Part shown: positions 10,124-20,382 of the stretch, piece by piece | How the letters are laid out: the number at the start of each line of letters is the position of its first letter | How positions within the stretch are numbered: position 1 is the first letter of the stretch | NCBI GenBank assembly: GCA_013289265.1 | Contig: JABDAH010000001.1 | Span: forward strand, 61,379-125,378 | Origin: Alphaproteobacteria bacterium | GTDB lineage: Bacteria; Pseudomonadota; Alphaproteobacteria; UBA9219 | Direction: 5' to 3' | Length of the DNA: 64,000 bases | Position numbers and translations under genes: made by a program | The notes under the pieces: generated by a model | Seen by the model: only the letters and a program-made list of their open reading frames with translations | Databases searched by the model: none | Told to the model about the DNA's origin: nothing

Positions 10124-11371
10124 ATGCATCCTTATCAAATCTTTCGTCACCGCGCTTTTGCCCTTTTCTGGTTGGGCAAACTGCTGACTATCATGGCGAC
10201 GACGGCGCAAAGCGTCGCTATCGGCTGGCAGGTTTATAATGTCGCCCGCCTTACGCGCAGTGTCGAGGAAAGCTCGTTGCTGGTGGGCATGGTCGGGCTG
10301 GTGCAGTTCCTGCCCTTGTTTGCGCTGGCGCTGCTGGCGGGTGAATCGGCGGATCGTTATGACCGCCGTAAAATTCTGCTGGCTTGTTCAGGGTTGCAGC
10401 TTATCAGTTCTGTCATGCTGGTGCTGGTTTCGCTGCAGGATCAGACATCACTGACTATCCTTTTTGCAATCGCCGGAATGTTTGGCGTATCGCGCGCCTT
10501 TTCCGGACCTGCAAGTTCAGCACTTTCCCCTACGTTGGTTCCAAAAGAAATTCTGCCACATGCCGTAGCGTGGAGCACGCTTAGCGTTCAGGGTGGGATG
10601 GTTTTGGGGCCGTGGCTCGGCGGCATGTTGTGCGCGATTGATCCGCTTTGGGCTTATGCCTTTTCTGGTGCGCTTTATTTTATCGCGATTGTGACTTGCC
10701 TTGCCTTGCTCGCAATGAAGATCAATGCCAAGGCGACGCACAAAAGTGGCGCGCGCATGACGATGATTAAAGAAGGTCTGGCTTATCTTTGGTCTAGCAA
10801 GATTGTATTGGGCGCTATTTCGCTGGATTTGTTCGCGGTATTTCTTGGCGGCGTCACAGCGTTATTGCCCGTCTATGCCCGTGATATTCTGGACGTCGGC
10901 GCATCGGGTTTCGGTTTGTTGCGCTCTGGACCAGCTCTCGGCGGTGGTCTCGTAACATTAGTGCTGAGCGTACGACCCATTCGTCGTCATGCGGGGCCAT
11001 GGATGCTTTGGGCCGTGGTTGTTTACGGCATAGCCACAATTATTTTTGCAGAATCGAAGACTGTATGGTTGTCGATGGGAATGCTGGTGTTGTTGGGCGC
11101 CGCGGATTCTGTTTCGGTTTTTGTGCGCCAGAGCCTCGTGCAAATTGTGACCCCGGATCATATGCGTGGACGTGTATCGGCAGTATCCGGCCTGTTCATC
11201 AGTGCCTCCAACGAATTTGGTGAGTTTGAAAGTGGCGTTGCCGCCCGCTTGCTGGGGCCTATCGGGGCTGTGCTGTTTGGCGGCATTGGTTCTATCGTCA
11301 TTACGGGGCTATGGGCCAAAATTTTCCCGGCCTTACGCAAAGCCGATAAACTGGTTGCGCCGGAGTTGTGA
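10124..11371 (+). CDS. MFS transporter
   Basis: 415 aa, 12 predicted TM segments, MFS-like motif region (GxLaDRyDRRKIL). Confidence 0.85.
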   Translation: MHPYQIFRHRAFALFWLGKLLTIMATTAQSVAIGWQVYNVARLTRSVEESSLLVGMVGLVQFLPLFALALLAGESADRYDRRKILLACSGLQLISSVMLVLVSLQDQTSLTILFAIAGMFGVSRAFSGPASSALSPTLVPKEILPHAVAWSTLSVQGGMVLGPWLGGMLCAIDPLWAYAFSGALYFIAIVTCLALLAMKINAKATHKSGARMTMIKEGLAYLWSSKIVLGAISLDLFAVFLGGVTALLPVYARDILDVGASGFGLLRSGPALGGGLVTLVLSVRPIRRHAGPWMLWAVVVYGIATIIFAESKTVWLSMGMLVLLGAADSVSVFVRQSLVQIVTPDHMRGRVSAVSGLFISASNEFGEFESGVAARLLGPIGAVLFGGIGSIVITGLWAKIFPALRKADKLVAPEL

Positions 11372-12549
11372 TGGATTTCTCCGGCTTCAATCTTGTTGTT
11401 GTCGGAGCCGGTTTTTACGGCCTCACGATCGCGCATCAGGCGGCAACCAAGCTTGGCCTGAAGGTTTTGGTCCTAGAGAAACGCGATCATCTCGGCGGCA
11501 ATGCCCACAGCGCTATCGATCCCGATACGGGCATAGAAGCGCATCTGTATGGTTCGCATCTGTTTCATTGTAATTCCGAGGAAATATGGAATTACCTGAA
11601 TGGCTTTACGCCGTTTACTGATTACCGCCACCATGTGCTGACTAATCACGGCGGTAAAATCTATCCGATGCCGATTAATCTTGGCACCATTTGCAGTTAC
11701 TTTGGCAAAGCTTTTACACCGGATGAAGCGCGGGCGCTCATCGCCTCGCAACGCGCCGAGGCAAAGACTGACGCCGCCAGTAATCTTGAAGAAAAAGCGA
11801 TATCACTGATTGGTCGTCCTTTATATGAGGCATTCATCCGCGGCTATACCGCCAAGCAATGGCAAACCAATCCACGTGAATTGCCGGCAGATATAGTCAC
11901 GCGCCTGCCGGTGCGTTTTACCTTTAACGCGCGCTATTTCGATGACCGTTTCGAAGGACTGCCTTCCGAGGGGTATTTCACGCTTTTCAAACGCATGGTG
12001 GATCATCCCAATATCCAGGTGATGCTGAAAACAGATTTCTTTCAGTTGCGAAGCCAGTTGCCTGCTGCAGCGCCAATTATCTATACCGGTCCGATTGACC
12101 GCTACTTCGATTTTAAACTGGGCGAGCTCTCATGGCGCACGCTCGATTTCGAACGCGAAGTCATGCCGACCGGCGATTATCAGGGGACATCGGTCATGAA
12201 TTATGCGGATGAAACCGTGCCTTTCACACGCATACATGAATTTCGGCATCTGCATCCGGAGCGGGATTATCAGCGCGAAAAGACGCTTATCTTCCGTGAA
12301 TATTCCCGCTTTGCGCAAAAGCAGGACGAACCCTATTACCCTGTCAATACGCCAAAGGATAAAGATTTGTTTGCCGCTTACCGTAAGCTGGTGGAGCAGG
12401 AAAAGAATGTAATCTTCGGTGGCCGGTTAGGGACTTATCGCTATCTCGATATGCATCAGGCGATTGGTGCGGCGTTTAAATTGTTTGAGAATAAGCTGAA
12501 GCCGCATTTTACAGAAAATTGTGCGCTGATACCGGGTGCTGGCGATTAG
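11368..12549 (+). CDS. glf: UDP-galactopyranose mutase
   Basis: N-terminal FAD-binding GAGFYG motif, full-length similarity to Glf (approx 390 aa). Confidence 0.88.
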   Translation: MMDFSGFNLVVVGAGFYGLTIAHQAATKLGLKVLVLEKRDHLGGNAHSAIDPDTGIEAHLYGSHLFHCNSEEIWNYLNGFTPFTDYRHHVLTNHGGKIYPMPINLGTICSYFGKAFTPDEARALIASQRAEAKTDAASNLEEKAISLIGRPLYEAFIRGYTAKQWQTNPRELPADIVTRLPVRFTFNARYFDDRFEGLPSEGYFTLFKRMVDHPNIQVMLKTDFFQLRSQLPAAAPIIYTGPIDRYFDFKLGELSWRTLDFEREVMPTGDYQGTSVMNYADETVPFTRIHEFRHLHPERDYQREKTLIFREYSRFAQKQDEPYYPVNTPKDKDLFAAYRKLVEQEKNVIFGGRLGTYRYLDMHQAIGAAFKLFENKLKPHFTENCALIPGAGD

Positions 12550-13478
12550 CCCTGCAAATCGGCGAACAGGGCCGTGCTGAGGTAACGCTCGCCGAATGAA
12601 GGGATGATTGTAATAATCATCTTGTCTTTGTTTTCAGGGCGCGCTGCCACCTGCATCGCGGCCCATAAGGCTGCGCCTGATGATATGCCAACCAGCAGGC
12701 CTTCTTCCTTGGCTGCGCGGCGGGCGATAGCAAAAGCATCCTCATTTTTAACGCGGATGATTTCGTCGTAAATTTTCGTATTCAAAATATCAGGCACAAA
12801 ACCGGCGCCAATGCCCTGAATAGGGTGCGGGCCCTTAACGCCGCCTGACAGAACGGGCGAGGCATCTGGCTCAACCGCAACAACTTGAAAGCCCGGTTTG
12901 CGCGATTTCAAAACTTCACCGACGCCCGTAATCGTGCCACCCGTGCCGACGCCGGAAATTAAAATATCGGCCTTGCCGTCTGTATCGCGCCAGATTTCTT
13001 CGGCGGTGGTCTTGCGGTGGATTTCAGGATTGGCCGGGTTTTTGAATTGTTGTGGCATGAAAGAATGTGGCGTAGAGGCAATCAGTTCTTCCGCTTTCCT
13101 GATCGCACCGCCCATGCCGTCCGGCCCGGGCGTAAGAACCAGCTCCGCGCCGTAAGCTTGTAGCAACAAACGGCGTTCCTTGCTCATTGTCTCCGGCATT
13201 GTCAGGATACAGCGGTAGCCGCGCGCGGCGCATATCATAGCGAGGGCGATGCCGGTATTGCCGCTAGTGGGCTCAATAATCACACTGTCTTTATTGATTT
13301 TGCCAGCCTGTTCTGCAGCCGTGATCATAGCCACACCGATACGGTCTTTGACGCTATGGGCCGGGCTGTAAAATTCCAGTTTGGCTAGAATTTCTGCGCC
13401 AAGACCCTGGCCTAGTTTATCGATGCGGACCAGCGGTGTGTTGCCGACCAGTTCCGTTACATTTGCGGCGATTTTCAT
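12546..13478 (-). CDS. cysK: cysteine synthase A (O-acetylserine sulfhydrylase)
   Basis: PLP lysine motif SVKDR, GNTG loop, 310 aa. Confidence 0.93.
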   Translation of the reverse strand: MKIAANVTELVGNTPLVRIDKLGQGLGAEILAKLEFYSPAHSVKDRIGVAMITAAEQAGKINKDSVIIEPTSGNTGIALAMICAARGYRCILTMPETMSKERRLLLQAYGAELVLTPGPDGMGGAIRKAEELIASTPHSFMPQQFKNPANPEIHRKTTAEEIWRDTDGKADILISGVGTGGTITGVGEVLKSRKPGFQVVAVEPDASPVLSGGVKGPHPIQGIGAGFVPDILNTKIYDEIIRVKNEDAFAIARRAAKEEGLLVGISSGAALWAAMQVAARPENKDKMIITIIPSFGERYLSTALFADLQG

Positions 13479-13492
13479 AGCGACCTCGAGAG

Positions 13493-14275
13493 TTAAATTG
13501 AAAAGCCTGCATCCATATGTTTGAGAGTCTGCTGCCTTGTCTGGTAATCGGGGATATAGTTCGCGACGTAGTTCCAGAAATGCACCGAATGGTTTTTATG
13601 CCGGATATGTGCCAACTCATGCACGATAAGATAATCGATCACAAATAAAGGCGCCATCATGACGCGCCAGTTGAGGCGAATGTCATTCTGGGCACTGCAG
13701 CTGCCCCATTGCCGCGTCGGGCTAGTGATCTTTATGCTGCGATATTTCAGGCCCATCTGCGTGGCCCATAATTCCGTTCGCTCTTTCAAGATATTTCGCG
13801 CCTGCTTTTTGTACCAAAGGATAATCTCCAACCGAATTTCTTCCTGAAGTTCTGCGTCTGAAACAGCAGCAGATTGCGGCAGATTGATCTCAAGCCAACC
13901 GTCCTTAATGCGGCAGGTTTGTTTCGTCGTATCGTTGGTCACGGTCAGCTGATAGGCATCACCGAGATAATAAACCGTTGCGCCTTCGTTTAAGGTTTGC
14001 GGGAAATGCGGGGCTGAATTCTTTTGCACCTCAGCCAACTTGCCGGCAAGCCAGTCCTGGCTATGTAGCAAAAATTGATCGATCGTTTGCATGCGGGTGC
14101 GTAGCGGTGCATTCAGCCGCAGCTTGCCCGACGGCTCGATATAAAGCGTGATCCGCCGTCGTCCTTTTTTGCGGTGAAGGGTATAGAGGACTTGCCGCTG
14201 ATGAATAGTTATATGGCCTTCCTCAACCAGAGGCGGTGTCTTGCGGGTGGTGAGGAATTTAAGGCTGAGCATCAA
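13493..14275 (-). CDS. YgjP-like (DUF45) zinc metallohydrolase
   Basis: C-terminal HEXXH ([11 protein letters not shown]) in DUF45/SprT-like context. Confidence 0.75.
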   Translation of the reverse strand: MMLSLKFLTTRKTPPLVEEGHITIHQRQVLYTLHRKKGRRRITLYIEPSGKLRLNAPLRTRMQTIDQFLLHSQDWLAGKLAEVQKNSAPHFPQTLNEGATVYYLGDAYQLTVTNDTTKQTCRIKDGWLEINLPQSAAVSDAELQEEIRLEIILWYKKQARNILKERTELWATQMGLKYRSIKITSPTRQWGSCSAQNDIRLNWRVMMAPLFVIDYLIVHELAHIRHKNHSVHFWNYVANYIPDYQTRQQTLKHMDAGFSI

Positions 14276-14365
14276 TGCAGGTTAACATGTGGCCAAAGTC
14301 GTGCAAATCCTTGTTTTTCGTTGATTATTATGCCTTTGCAAAAAAGGCGGCTTTTACGCTACAAA

Positions 14366-15262
14366 ATGTCCATGACTTACAACGTTGCTGCCCTTTATCA
14401 ATTTGTTGCCATTCCGGACACAGCCGCTTTACGCCTGTCGTTGAAGGAAGCTTTCGCACCTCTGGATATATGCGGCACTTTGCTAGTGGCGCCTGAGGGC
14501 ATTAACGGCACTCTGGCAGGCAGGGGCGACGCGATTGAAAAAATGCTCGCTATCCTGAATGAGAAAACTGGCTTACCTCGCGATGCGGTCAAATTCTCGA
14601 CCGCGCCGGAAAAGCCATTTAACCGTCTTAAAATTCGCCTGAAACGGGAACTGATCACTTTTAACCAACCGCACGCCGACCCGAACACTCTGGCGGGCAC
14701 CTATGTCGAGGCGCAGGACTGGAATAAATTGATCAGCGATCCGGATGTGGTGGTGCTGGATACTCGCAACCGTTATGAAACAGTAATCGGTGTGTTTGAT
14801 AAAGCGCTCGATCCGCAAATCGATAAATTCACGGATTTCGCCGAATATGTGAAGCAAAATCTGGACGCGACCAAGCATAAAAAGATCGCGATGTATTGCA
14901 CCGGTGGTATCCGCTGCGAAAAAGCATCCGCCTATATGCGCGCCGAAGGGTTCGAGGAAGTTTATCACCTTAAAGGGGGCATTCTAAAATATCTGGAAAC
15001 TATTCCGGCGGATGAAAGCAAATGGCAGGGCGAATGCTATGTGTTCGATAAACGTATGGCCGTTGGCCACGGCCTTACCACTGGTAACTATTCCATGTGC
15101 TTTTGCTGTGGGTACCCCTTATCCGCCGAAGATAAAAAACATCCTGCTTTCGAAGAAGGCGTTTCCTGTGCGCATTGCCATGCAGACAGCAGCGAAGAAG
15201 ACAAGCAACGTTTCCGTGCCCGCCATCAGCGGATGACGGGACCGGAACAAGCTGCGCAATAG
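14366..15262 (+). CDS. trhO: rhodanese-domain tRNA uridine(34) hydroxylase (UPF0176/YceA)
   Basis: UPF0176 N-domain, rhodanese active Cys (CTGGIRCEKA), C-terminal Cys cluster; track ORF starts at 14174 but ATG 14366 (MSMTYNV) avoids overlap with divergent gene. Confidence 0.82.
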   Translation: MSMTYNVAALYQFVAIPDTAALRLSLKEAFAPLDICGTLLVAPEGINGTLAGRGDAIEKMLAILNEKTGLPRDAVKFSTAPEKPFNRLKIRLKRELITFNQPHADPNTLAGTYVEAQDWNKLISDPDVVVLDTRNRYETVIGVFDKALDPQIDKFTDFAEYVKQNLDATKHKKIAMYCTGGIRCEKASAYMRAEGFEEVYHLKGGILKYLETIPADESKWQGECYVFDKRMAVGHGLTTGNYSMCFCCGYPLSAEDKKHPAFEEGVSCAHCHADSSEEDKQRFRARHQRMTGPEQAAQ

Positions 15263-15313
15263 TCAGCTGCGTCATTCTTTGAATCAGAAAAACACCTATG
15301 CTATCCCTAAGCG

Positions 15314-16189
15314 GTGATTCCTTTAGCCTCTCCCACTGATACCGGCCTGCCAGCTGACGCGCGTATTATTCCGCTGCGCGGTTTTTCCGGTTGCCATGTG
15401 CTGTTAGTGAGCAGTAATCAAAGCACTTATGTGCGTAAATTGTCGCGCGATGCTGATTACAATAAACGGCTTTTACAGCAAGCCGAGAAGCAAAAGAATT
15501 TTACCGGCAATGACTTCTTTCATCCGGTGAAGGTCAGAGCGTCCGGGCAATTGCCATCCGGCATTGCGTATATCGATATGGATTATGTGCCGGGCGTAAC
15601 GGCTGCCGAAATTCTTACGACGCTGCCGCTTGCGGATATTCAACGCTGGTCAGGGATGTTGTTGCGTTTTGCCAGTGCGCCCGAGCAGGGAACGATTGAC
15701 TCAACAATCTTCAAAAACAAAATCGTCGAGCTGCAAACTATTTTGCAGGAGCGCAATCTTACAACACCGGCAGTTGCGGAAACTTTGGCGCGTCTCCGCA
15801 GCCGCCCATGGACCGGTGTTCCGCATTCACCTTGTCACGGCGATCTGACGCTGGAGAATATTCTGGCGCATGACGGGCAGCTTTACCTGATCGATTTTCT
15901 CGATAGTTTTGCCGACAGCTGGTACATGGATATGGCCAAGCTGATGCAGGACCTTATCGGCGGCTGGAGCTTTCGTTATCTGGAAGCTGACCGGAACCTT
16001 GTGCTGCGCCTTGCTAGTCTGCGCCACAGTATTGAATCTGCTTTGGAAGAAAAGCGCAGCGGTTGCGTTGCTACCATACATGACTTGTACGCGCTGAGCC
16101 TTTTGCGTATTCTTCCCTATAGTTCTGCTCAAGAAGAACAACGCTATATAGAGGGCCGTCTATCCGCGGCCCTGAACGATTTTTTATGA
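15314..16189 (+). CDS. APH/choline-kinase-family phosphotransferase (LicA-like)
   Basis: Brenner motif CHGDLTLENIL and downstream IDFLDS (DFG-equivalent). Confidence 0.7.
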   Translation: MIPLASPTDTGLPADARIIPLRGFSGCHVLLVSSNQSTYVRKLSRDADYNKRLLQQAEKQKNFTGNDFFHPVKVRASGQLPSGIAYIDMDYVPGVTAAEILTTLPLADIQRWSGMLLRFASAPEQGTIDSTIFKNKIVELQTILQERNLTTPAVAETLARLRSRPWTGVPHSPCHGDLTLENILAHDGQLYLIDFLDSFADSWYMDMAKLMQDLIGGWSFRYLEADRNLVLRLASLRHSIESALEEKRSGCVATIHDLYALSLLRILPYSSAQEEQRYIEGRLSAALNDFL

Positions 16190-16199
16190 GGGTGCTGCC

Positions 16200-17276
16200 A
16201 TGACAACGCTAATCGTGCCTTGTGCCGGACGTTCGACGCGCTTTCCCGATATGCGCCCCAAATGGCTGCTGACCCATCCTGACGGCAAGCTGATGGTCGA
16301 TAAGGCCTTGGAAGGTTGCGGTATCGAACGGTTTGAGCGTGTGGTTTTCGTCGTTACCAAAGCGCATGACGATGAATTTGAGGCCACGCTTATTCTTAAG
16401 CAGGCTTTTACCGAACGGCTTGGTGAGCGGCTGCATATCGTTATTCTGCCGGAATTTACTTCCGGTCAGGCGGAGACTGTTTCTCAGGCAATCACTGCCG
16501 CAAAAATTACGGGCCCGCTGCTTATCAAGGATTCCGATAATTATTTGGCATGGGACGACGGCAACGATGTTTTGAATTTTGTCGTGGTCGGTAATCTTGC
16601 GCGGTTGAGGGACACTACAAATGTCGCCGCCAAAAGCTATGCTGTGCTCGATAAAAACGGCATCGTGCAGGATATCGTTGAGAAGCGGATCATCTCAAGT
16701 ACTTTCTGTGCAGGCGCATATCAATTCGCCTCGGCTGAGGCATTTCAGAAAGCCTTTACTGATATGTCGTCCAATGCGGGTCTGGAAAAAGAGACTTACG
16801 TCAGCCATGTCATTGCCTGGATGATGGCGCGCGAAGGCCAGATCTTTCGCGGCTATGAAGCTACGAGCTATGAAGATTGGGGAACTCTCCGTGAATGGCG
16901 TGCCAAACAAAAAAGGTTTTCAACCTTGTTCTGTGACCTAGACGGCGTGCTGGTAAAAAATGTTGGTCGTTACGGTACGCGCCGTTGGGAAAATAGTTTG
17001 GAGCCCATTCCGGAAAATTTGCAGGCCCTGAAAACAGCTTACACGAACGGTGCGCAGATTATTATCGTCACAGCACGTAGCGAGGATTTTCATTTGCGTA
17101 TCACCGCTCTGCTGAAGGAATATGGCATCGATGCGCATGCCATCATTACCGGTTGCAATCATAGTCACCGCGTTTTGATCAATGATTACGCGCCGACCAA
17201 TTCGTACCCGAGTTGTAGTGCCGTATCTGTGCCGCGCGATAATCTAATTGCGCCCTTCCTGCAGGAATATCTGTGA
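16200..17276 (+). CDS. bifunctional nucleotidyltransferase (LicC/MobA-like) and HAD-family phosphatase
   Basis: N-terminal LIVPCAGRSTRF (GxG-type NTP-transferase P-loop); C-terminal HAD motif I DLDGVL and motif II IIIVTAR. Confidence 0.65.
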   Translation: MTTLIVPCAGRSTRFPDMRPKWLLTHPDGKLMVDKALEGCGIERFERVVFVVTKAHDDEFEATLILKQAFTERLGERLHIVILPEFTSGQAETVSQAITAAKITGPLLIKDSDNYLAWDDGNDVLNFVVVGNLARLRDTTNVAAKSYAVLDKNGIVQDIVEKRIISSTFCAGAYQFASAEAFQKAFTDMSSNAGLEKETYVSHVIAWMMAREGQIFRGYEATSYEDWGTLREWRAKQKRFSTLFCDLDGVLVKNVGRYGTRRWENSLEPIPENLQALKTAYTNGAQIIIVTARSEDFHLRITALLKEYGIDAHAIITGCNHSHRVLINDYAPTNSYPSCSAVSVPRDNLIAPFLQEYL

Positions 17277-18112
17277 ACGCTAAACCGCGCATAGCTCTGA
17301 TGCTATCGGGGCTCACGCGGCAATGGCGTCGGTGCCTGCCAAGCCAGCTTGCATTGCTTCGCGATTATCCGGTCGACGTGTTCTTTTATTTTTGGGATAC
17401 AATTGACGCCAAAGAAAAGCAGGAAATTGTCGATCTGCTTAAGCCGCGCGCCTATGCATTTGCGCCGCCGCAGGATTTCTCGGCCCTCGATAGTGACCCG
17501 ACCATAAATCCTGACCTCATCAATGTTCCGTCGCGGATGTTCTCACAATATACCGGTTGGCGGAATGTCGGGAAGTTAGTCGAGCCTTACCGAAATGAGT
17601 ATCAACTTGGTATGCGCAGCCGTGCCGATCTGCAATTTGTTTATACCATTGACCATATTATCCCGATGCTGAAGCCCAACGATATTTTGATACCGTGGTG
17701 GGAGGAGGGGAAGTTATTGTCCGATATATTCGCGATCGGCGCTATTGAGCCGATCCTTTATTACCACACGCTCATCGATCATGTGCGCGAATATACCAAA
17801 ACGCGGCAGTTCAATTCCGAGCTAATGCTCACGGCGCATTTCGAGCAGCGGCGCGATATCCATGTCTACACCGATGCGGCGAAATATTTCTTTGTGCGTC
17901 GTCCACATATGGAAAATTACACGGTTGAACAGGCGATGCTGGAAGATCCCGGCTGCAATAAATGGCTTGATCCGGAGGTCGTGCAGGCGCACAGCGATTA
18001 TCATCAGCAGCAAAAAGGAGAGGAAGGTGCGCTCTATGTCAAAGACTTCCGCCACGTTCACTTGAATAAACTTGTTGAAGATGTAAAACAAAAACTCAGC
18101 GAGAAAAAATAA
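17273..18112 (+). CDS. hypothetical protein (possible transferase of the LicA/LicC-like module)
   Basis: 279-aa ORF translationally coupled (ATGA/GTGA-type overlap) to preceding gene; no recognised motif. Confidence 0.5.
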   Translation: MNAKPRIALMLSGLTRQWRRCLPSQLALLRDYPVDVFFYFWDTIDAKEKQEIVDLLKPRAYAFAPPQDFSALDSDPTINPDLINVPSRMFSQYTGWRNVGKLVEPYRNEYQLGMRSRADLQFVYTIDHIIPMLKPNDILIPWWEEGKLLSDIFAIGAIEPILYYHTLIDHVREYTKTRQFNSELMLTAHFEQRRDIHVYTDAAKYFFVRRPHMENYTVEQAMLEDPGCNKWLDPEVVQAHSDYHQQQKGEEGALYVKDFRHVHLNKLVEDVKQKLSEKK

Positions 18113-18114
18113 TT

Positions 18115-19230
18115 CTAGGCTTGCTTTAGGGTTTCGATCTTGCAGTTTTCTATCTGCGCGGCCTCTTGCAACAGGTTTTGTAAGTTTTGATCTTTATGTT
18201 TCGTGGTCATAATAAAATGACGGAGGCCCGCCTTCACGGCATGTTCCGGCGTTAATACAGGGATACCCGAAAAAGAATGTTTGGAAATTTCCGGATGTTC
18301 TTCAATCAAGGCCGATACAGAGATGCCCATTTTGTGTGCCAGTGCTAGAGCGAGAACTCCGTGAAAACGGGTAGATACAATTGCCAGAGAATCCCAGCCC
18401 GACTCTTTCGCTTGTTGAAGTAACTTTTGCGTTGGCGCGATCAGCGGTGCAAAAGCCTGATTGTCAGTTGCCGCTTTGATAACGGCCAGCGCCACAAACA
18501 GGGCAACTTTATCATTGCCCGTGTGATGCCACAGAATTTGTTCCAAAACACGCAGGCAATCGGCCTGGCGATTTTCGCGCTGAAACTGAAAAGCCAGCTG
18601 CAGCGTATCCGTTACTGATTTGCTAAGCCCGATCTGCTTTGGTGTCAGCAGTAGGTACCCTTCATTTTCATAAAAGCGTTTGATGTTGTGTGTTCCGTCA
18701 AAGAACTGAGAGACAAAATTGACGTTGCGGCGTTCCGGCGGCAGGCCGCAATGCTCAGCCGGGCATGGCCCGCTGCCGAAGGAACCTTCCTCGTAAATGC
18801 GCAAATCATCAATGATAATAACGTCATTAGCATTCGGGCGATGCGTACTGATGAGCTGTAGTTCACGTTCCAGCGGTAGGCGCAAATCCTCGTTCCGTTC
18901 ATCGGTATAACCGCGTTTGGTGTAATCGGCACCAGGAAAATGCGCATCAAGCCAGAAGATAGTGGATTGATCTGGCGGTAATGACGGCAGGATGCTCTGC
19001 AACATGTCTTCGCTGGTCTTGGTGTGGATGTGTATGCGTGGATCGTCCTGAAACAACGACTGCACCGCTTTGGCCAGATCCGGCTCGCATTCGCAGGTAT
19101 GAAGGATAGCAAAAGGAAAAGTAGCGGCGTAATGCAGGCTGATACCAATACCGGTGCCAGTCTCGACAAAATTGCGGCAGCCGTAATTCTCGATCAGATC
19201 TTTGAGGTTAAATTGGTCGAGAACGCCCAC
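18115..19230 (-). CDS. hypothetical protein, N-terminal class I SAM-methyltransferase-like and C-terminal DUF218(YdcF/ElyC)-like regions
   Basis: NFVETGTGIG glycine-rich loop; C-terminal KVALFVALAV ... LAIVSTRFHG resembles DUF218 core; assignment tentative. Confidence 0.5.
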   Translation of the reverse strand: MGVLDQFNLKDLIENYGCRNFVETGTGIGISLHYAATFPFAILHTCECEPDLAKAVQSLFQDDPRIHIHTKTSEDMLQSILPSLPPDQSTIFWLDAHFPGADYTKRGYTDERNEDLRLPLERELQLISTHRPNANDVIIIDDLRIYEEGSFGSGPCPAEHCGLPPERRNVNFVSQFFDGTHNIKRFYENEGYLLLTPKQIGLSKSVTDTLQLAFQFQRENRQADCLRVLEQILWHHTGNDKVALFVALAVIKAATDNQAFAPLIAPTQKLLQQAKESGWDSLAIVSTRFHGVLALALAHKMGISVSALIEEHPEISKHSFSGIPVLTPEHAVKAGLRHFIMTTKHKDQNLQNLLQEAAQIENCKIETLKQA

Positions 19231-19248
19231 AAAAACCCTCAGAACTTG

Positions 19249-19833
19249 TTAGCGGGGGAAAGAAAGCAGCGCGCCGTAGAGGTCGTCAACGTAGTCATCG
19301 GCCAGATTGGATAACAGTTCCTCTGGTCCCTCAGTATCTGAATCTAAAAGGGTATAAATACTTGAGGCCGAGGGCCCTTTGGATTCAAGAAAATTGGAGG
19401 AAATCGTTCTTCCACTGATTGCGTCAATAATCGATATTTTAACACCCACTTGAGTGGCAGTCTTGGACCAATTGGCGCCACCATATGTCCAGGAAACTAC
19501 AGTTGGAATGATAATGTATTTGTAATCATTTTTTGCGATGATATCTTTAATTTCATTCAATGAATGATACTCGGTAGGATAGATGTCTACGAGCCGGGCA
19601 TATCTCGAAAATGCCGCATCTATTGTATGAGCGACAACAGCTCCCGATCCACCATATGACTTCCTGCCATTTCCGCCATCCTTTGGCATCATAACTAATA
19701 CGGCAGCGGATTCGTCAAGGCGTGTATGGGTGCGCTCTGTGCCGCCCATCTCTACGCGATTATATGTGTTAGCGCAGCCAGTAACAAAAAGAAGGGCTAG
19801 GATGGCTAGGCCATGTTGTATTTTGGGTAGCAT
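19249..19833 (-). CDS. lipoprotein, unknown function
   Basis: signal peptide plus lipobox LFVTGC. Confidence 0.6.
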   Translation of the reverse strand: MLPKIQHGLAILALLFVTGCANTYNRVEMGGTERTHTRLDESAAVLVMMPKDGGNGRKSYGGSGAVVAHTIDAAFSRYARLVDIYPTEYHSLNEIKDIIAKNDYKYIIIPTVVSWTYGGANWSKTATQVGVKISIIDAISGRTISSNFLESKGPSASSIYTLLDSDTEGPEELLSNLADDYVDDLYGALLSFPR

Positions 19834-19910
19834 GATTGACCTGTTTTCGCGTGCTGAGAACTGCGCGTGTACTCGTGCTAGGAGGTGTTTGGCTTTTGGG
19901 ACGTGTATTT

Positions 19911-20294
19911 TTACGGTCGTAAAAGATCGATAGTGACAGGGCTGGCATATTTGTTATCGGCACCGGTCACAGAGTCAAAACCCCATCCGACGGGACCGCC
20001 TACGAGAATGTAGGCCCAATTATATTCCGGATATTCGGACTTATTAAGATAGGTTGTTTCCCGATAGCCGGCTTTGTCGCACTTAATAGAAATATCGTCT
20101 TTGGTTTTTTCTACATGTAGCGTGCCTGGTGTCGAACTGACGGTGCCAAGCGGTGCGCCATTGCGTAGGAGGGTGCAGCTCGCGCCTTGAGGCGCAGTGT
20201 TTACGACAACGTCCTGAGATTCGCCTTCAATGACCGAAGCGCATCCAGAAAGTAATACAAAACAAGACAGCAAGATAAAGCGTTTGTGATTCAT
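19911..20294 (-). CDS. lipoprotein, unknown function
   Basis: signal peptide plus lipobox LLSGC. Confidence 0.6.
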   Translation of the reverse strand: MNHKRFILLSCFVLLSGCASVIEGESQDVVVNTAPQGASCTLLRNGAPLGTVSSTPGTLHVEKTKDDISIKCDKAGYRETTYLNKSEYPEYNWAYILVGGPVGWGFDSVTGADNKYASPVTIDLLRP

Positions 20295-20382
20295 ATTATG
20301 CCCCTATAAGTGACGTCATCGCTGGTATTCTATGTGTGAAACTATATATGAAGCGACAAAAATTGTCACTTATTTCTCTGGA

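Noticed and set aside
14174-14365. Upstream extension of the trhO ORF
   Set aside because: It would overlap the divergently transcribed YgjP-like gene by 100 nt. UPF0176 proteins begin near MSMTYNV, so ATG 14366 is preferred.
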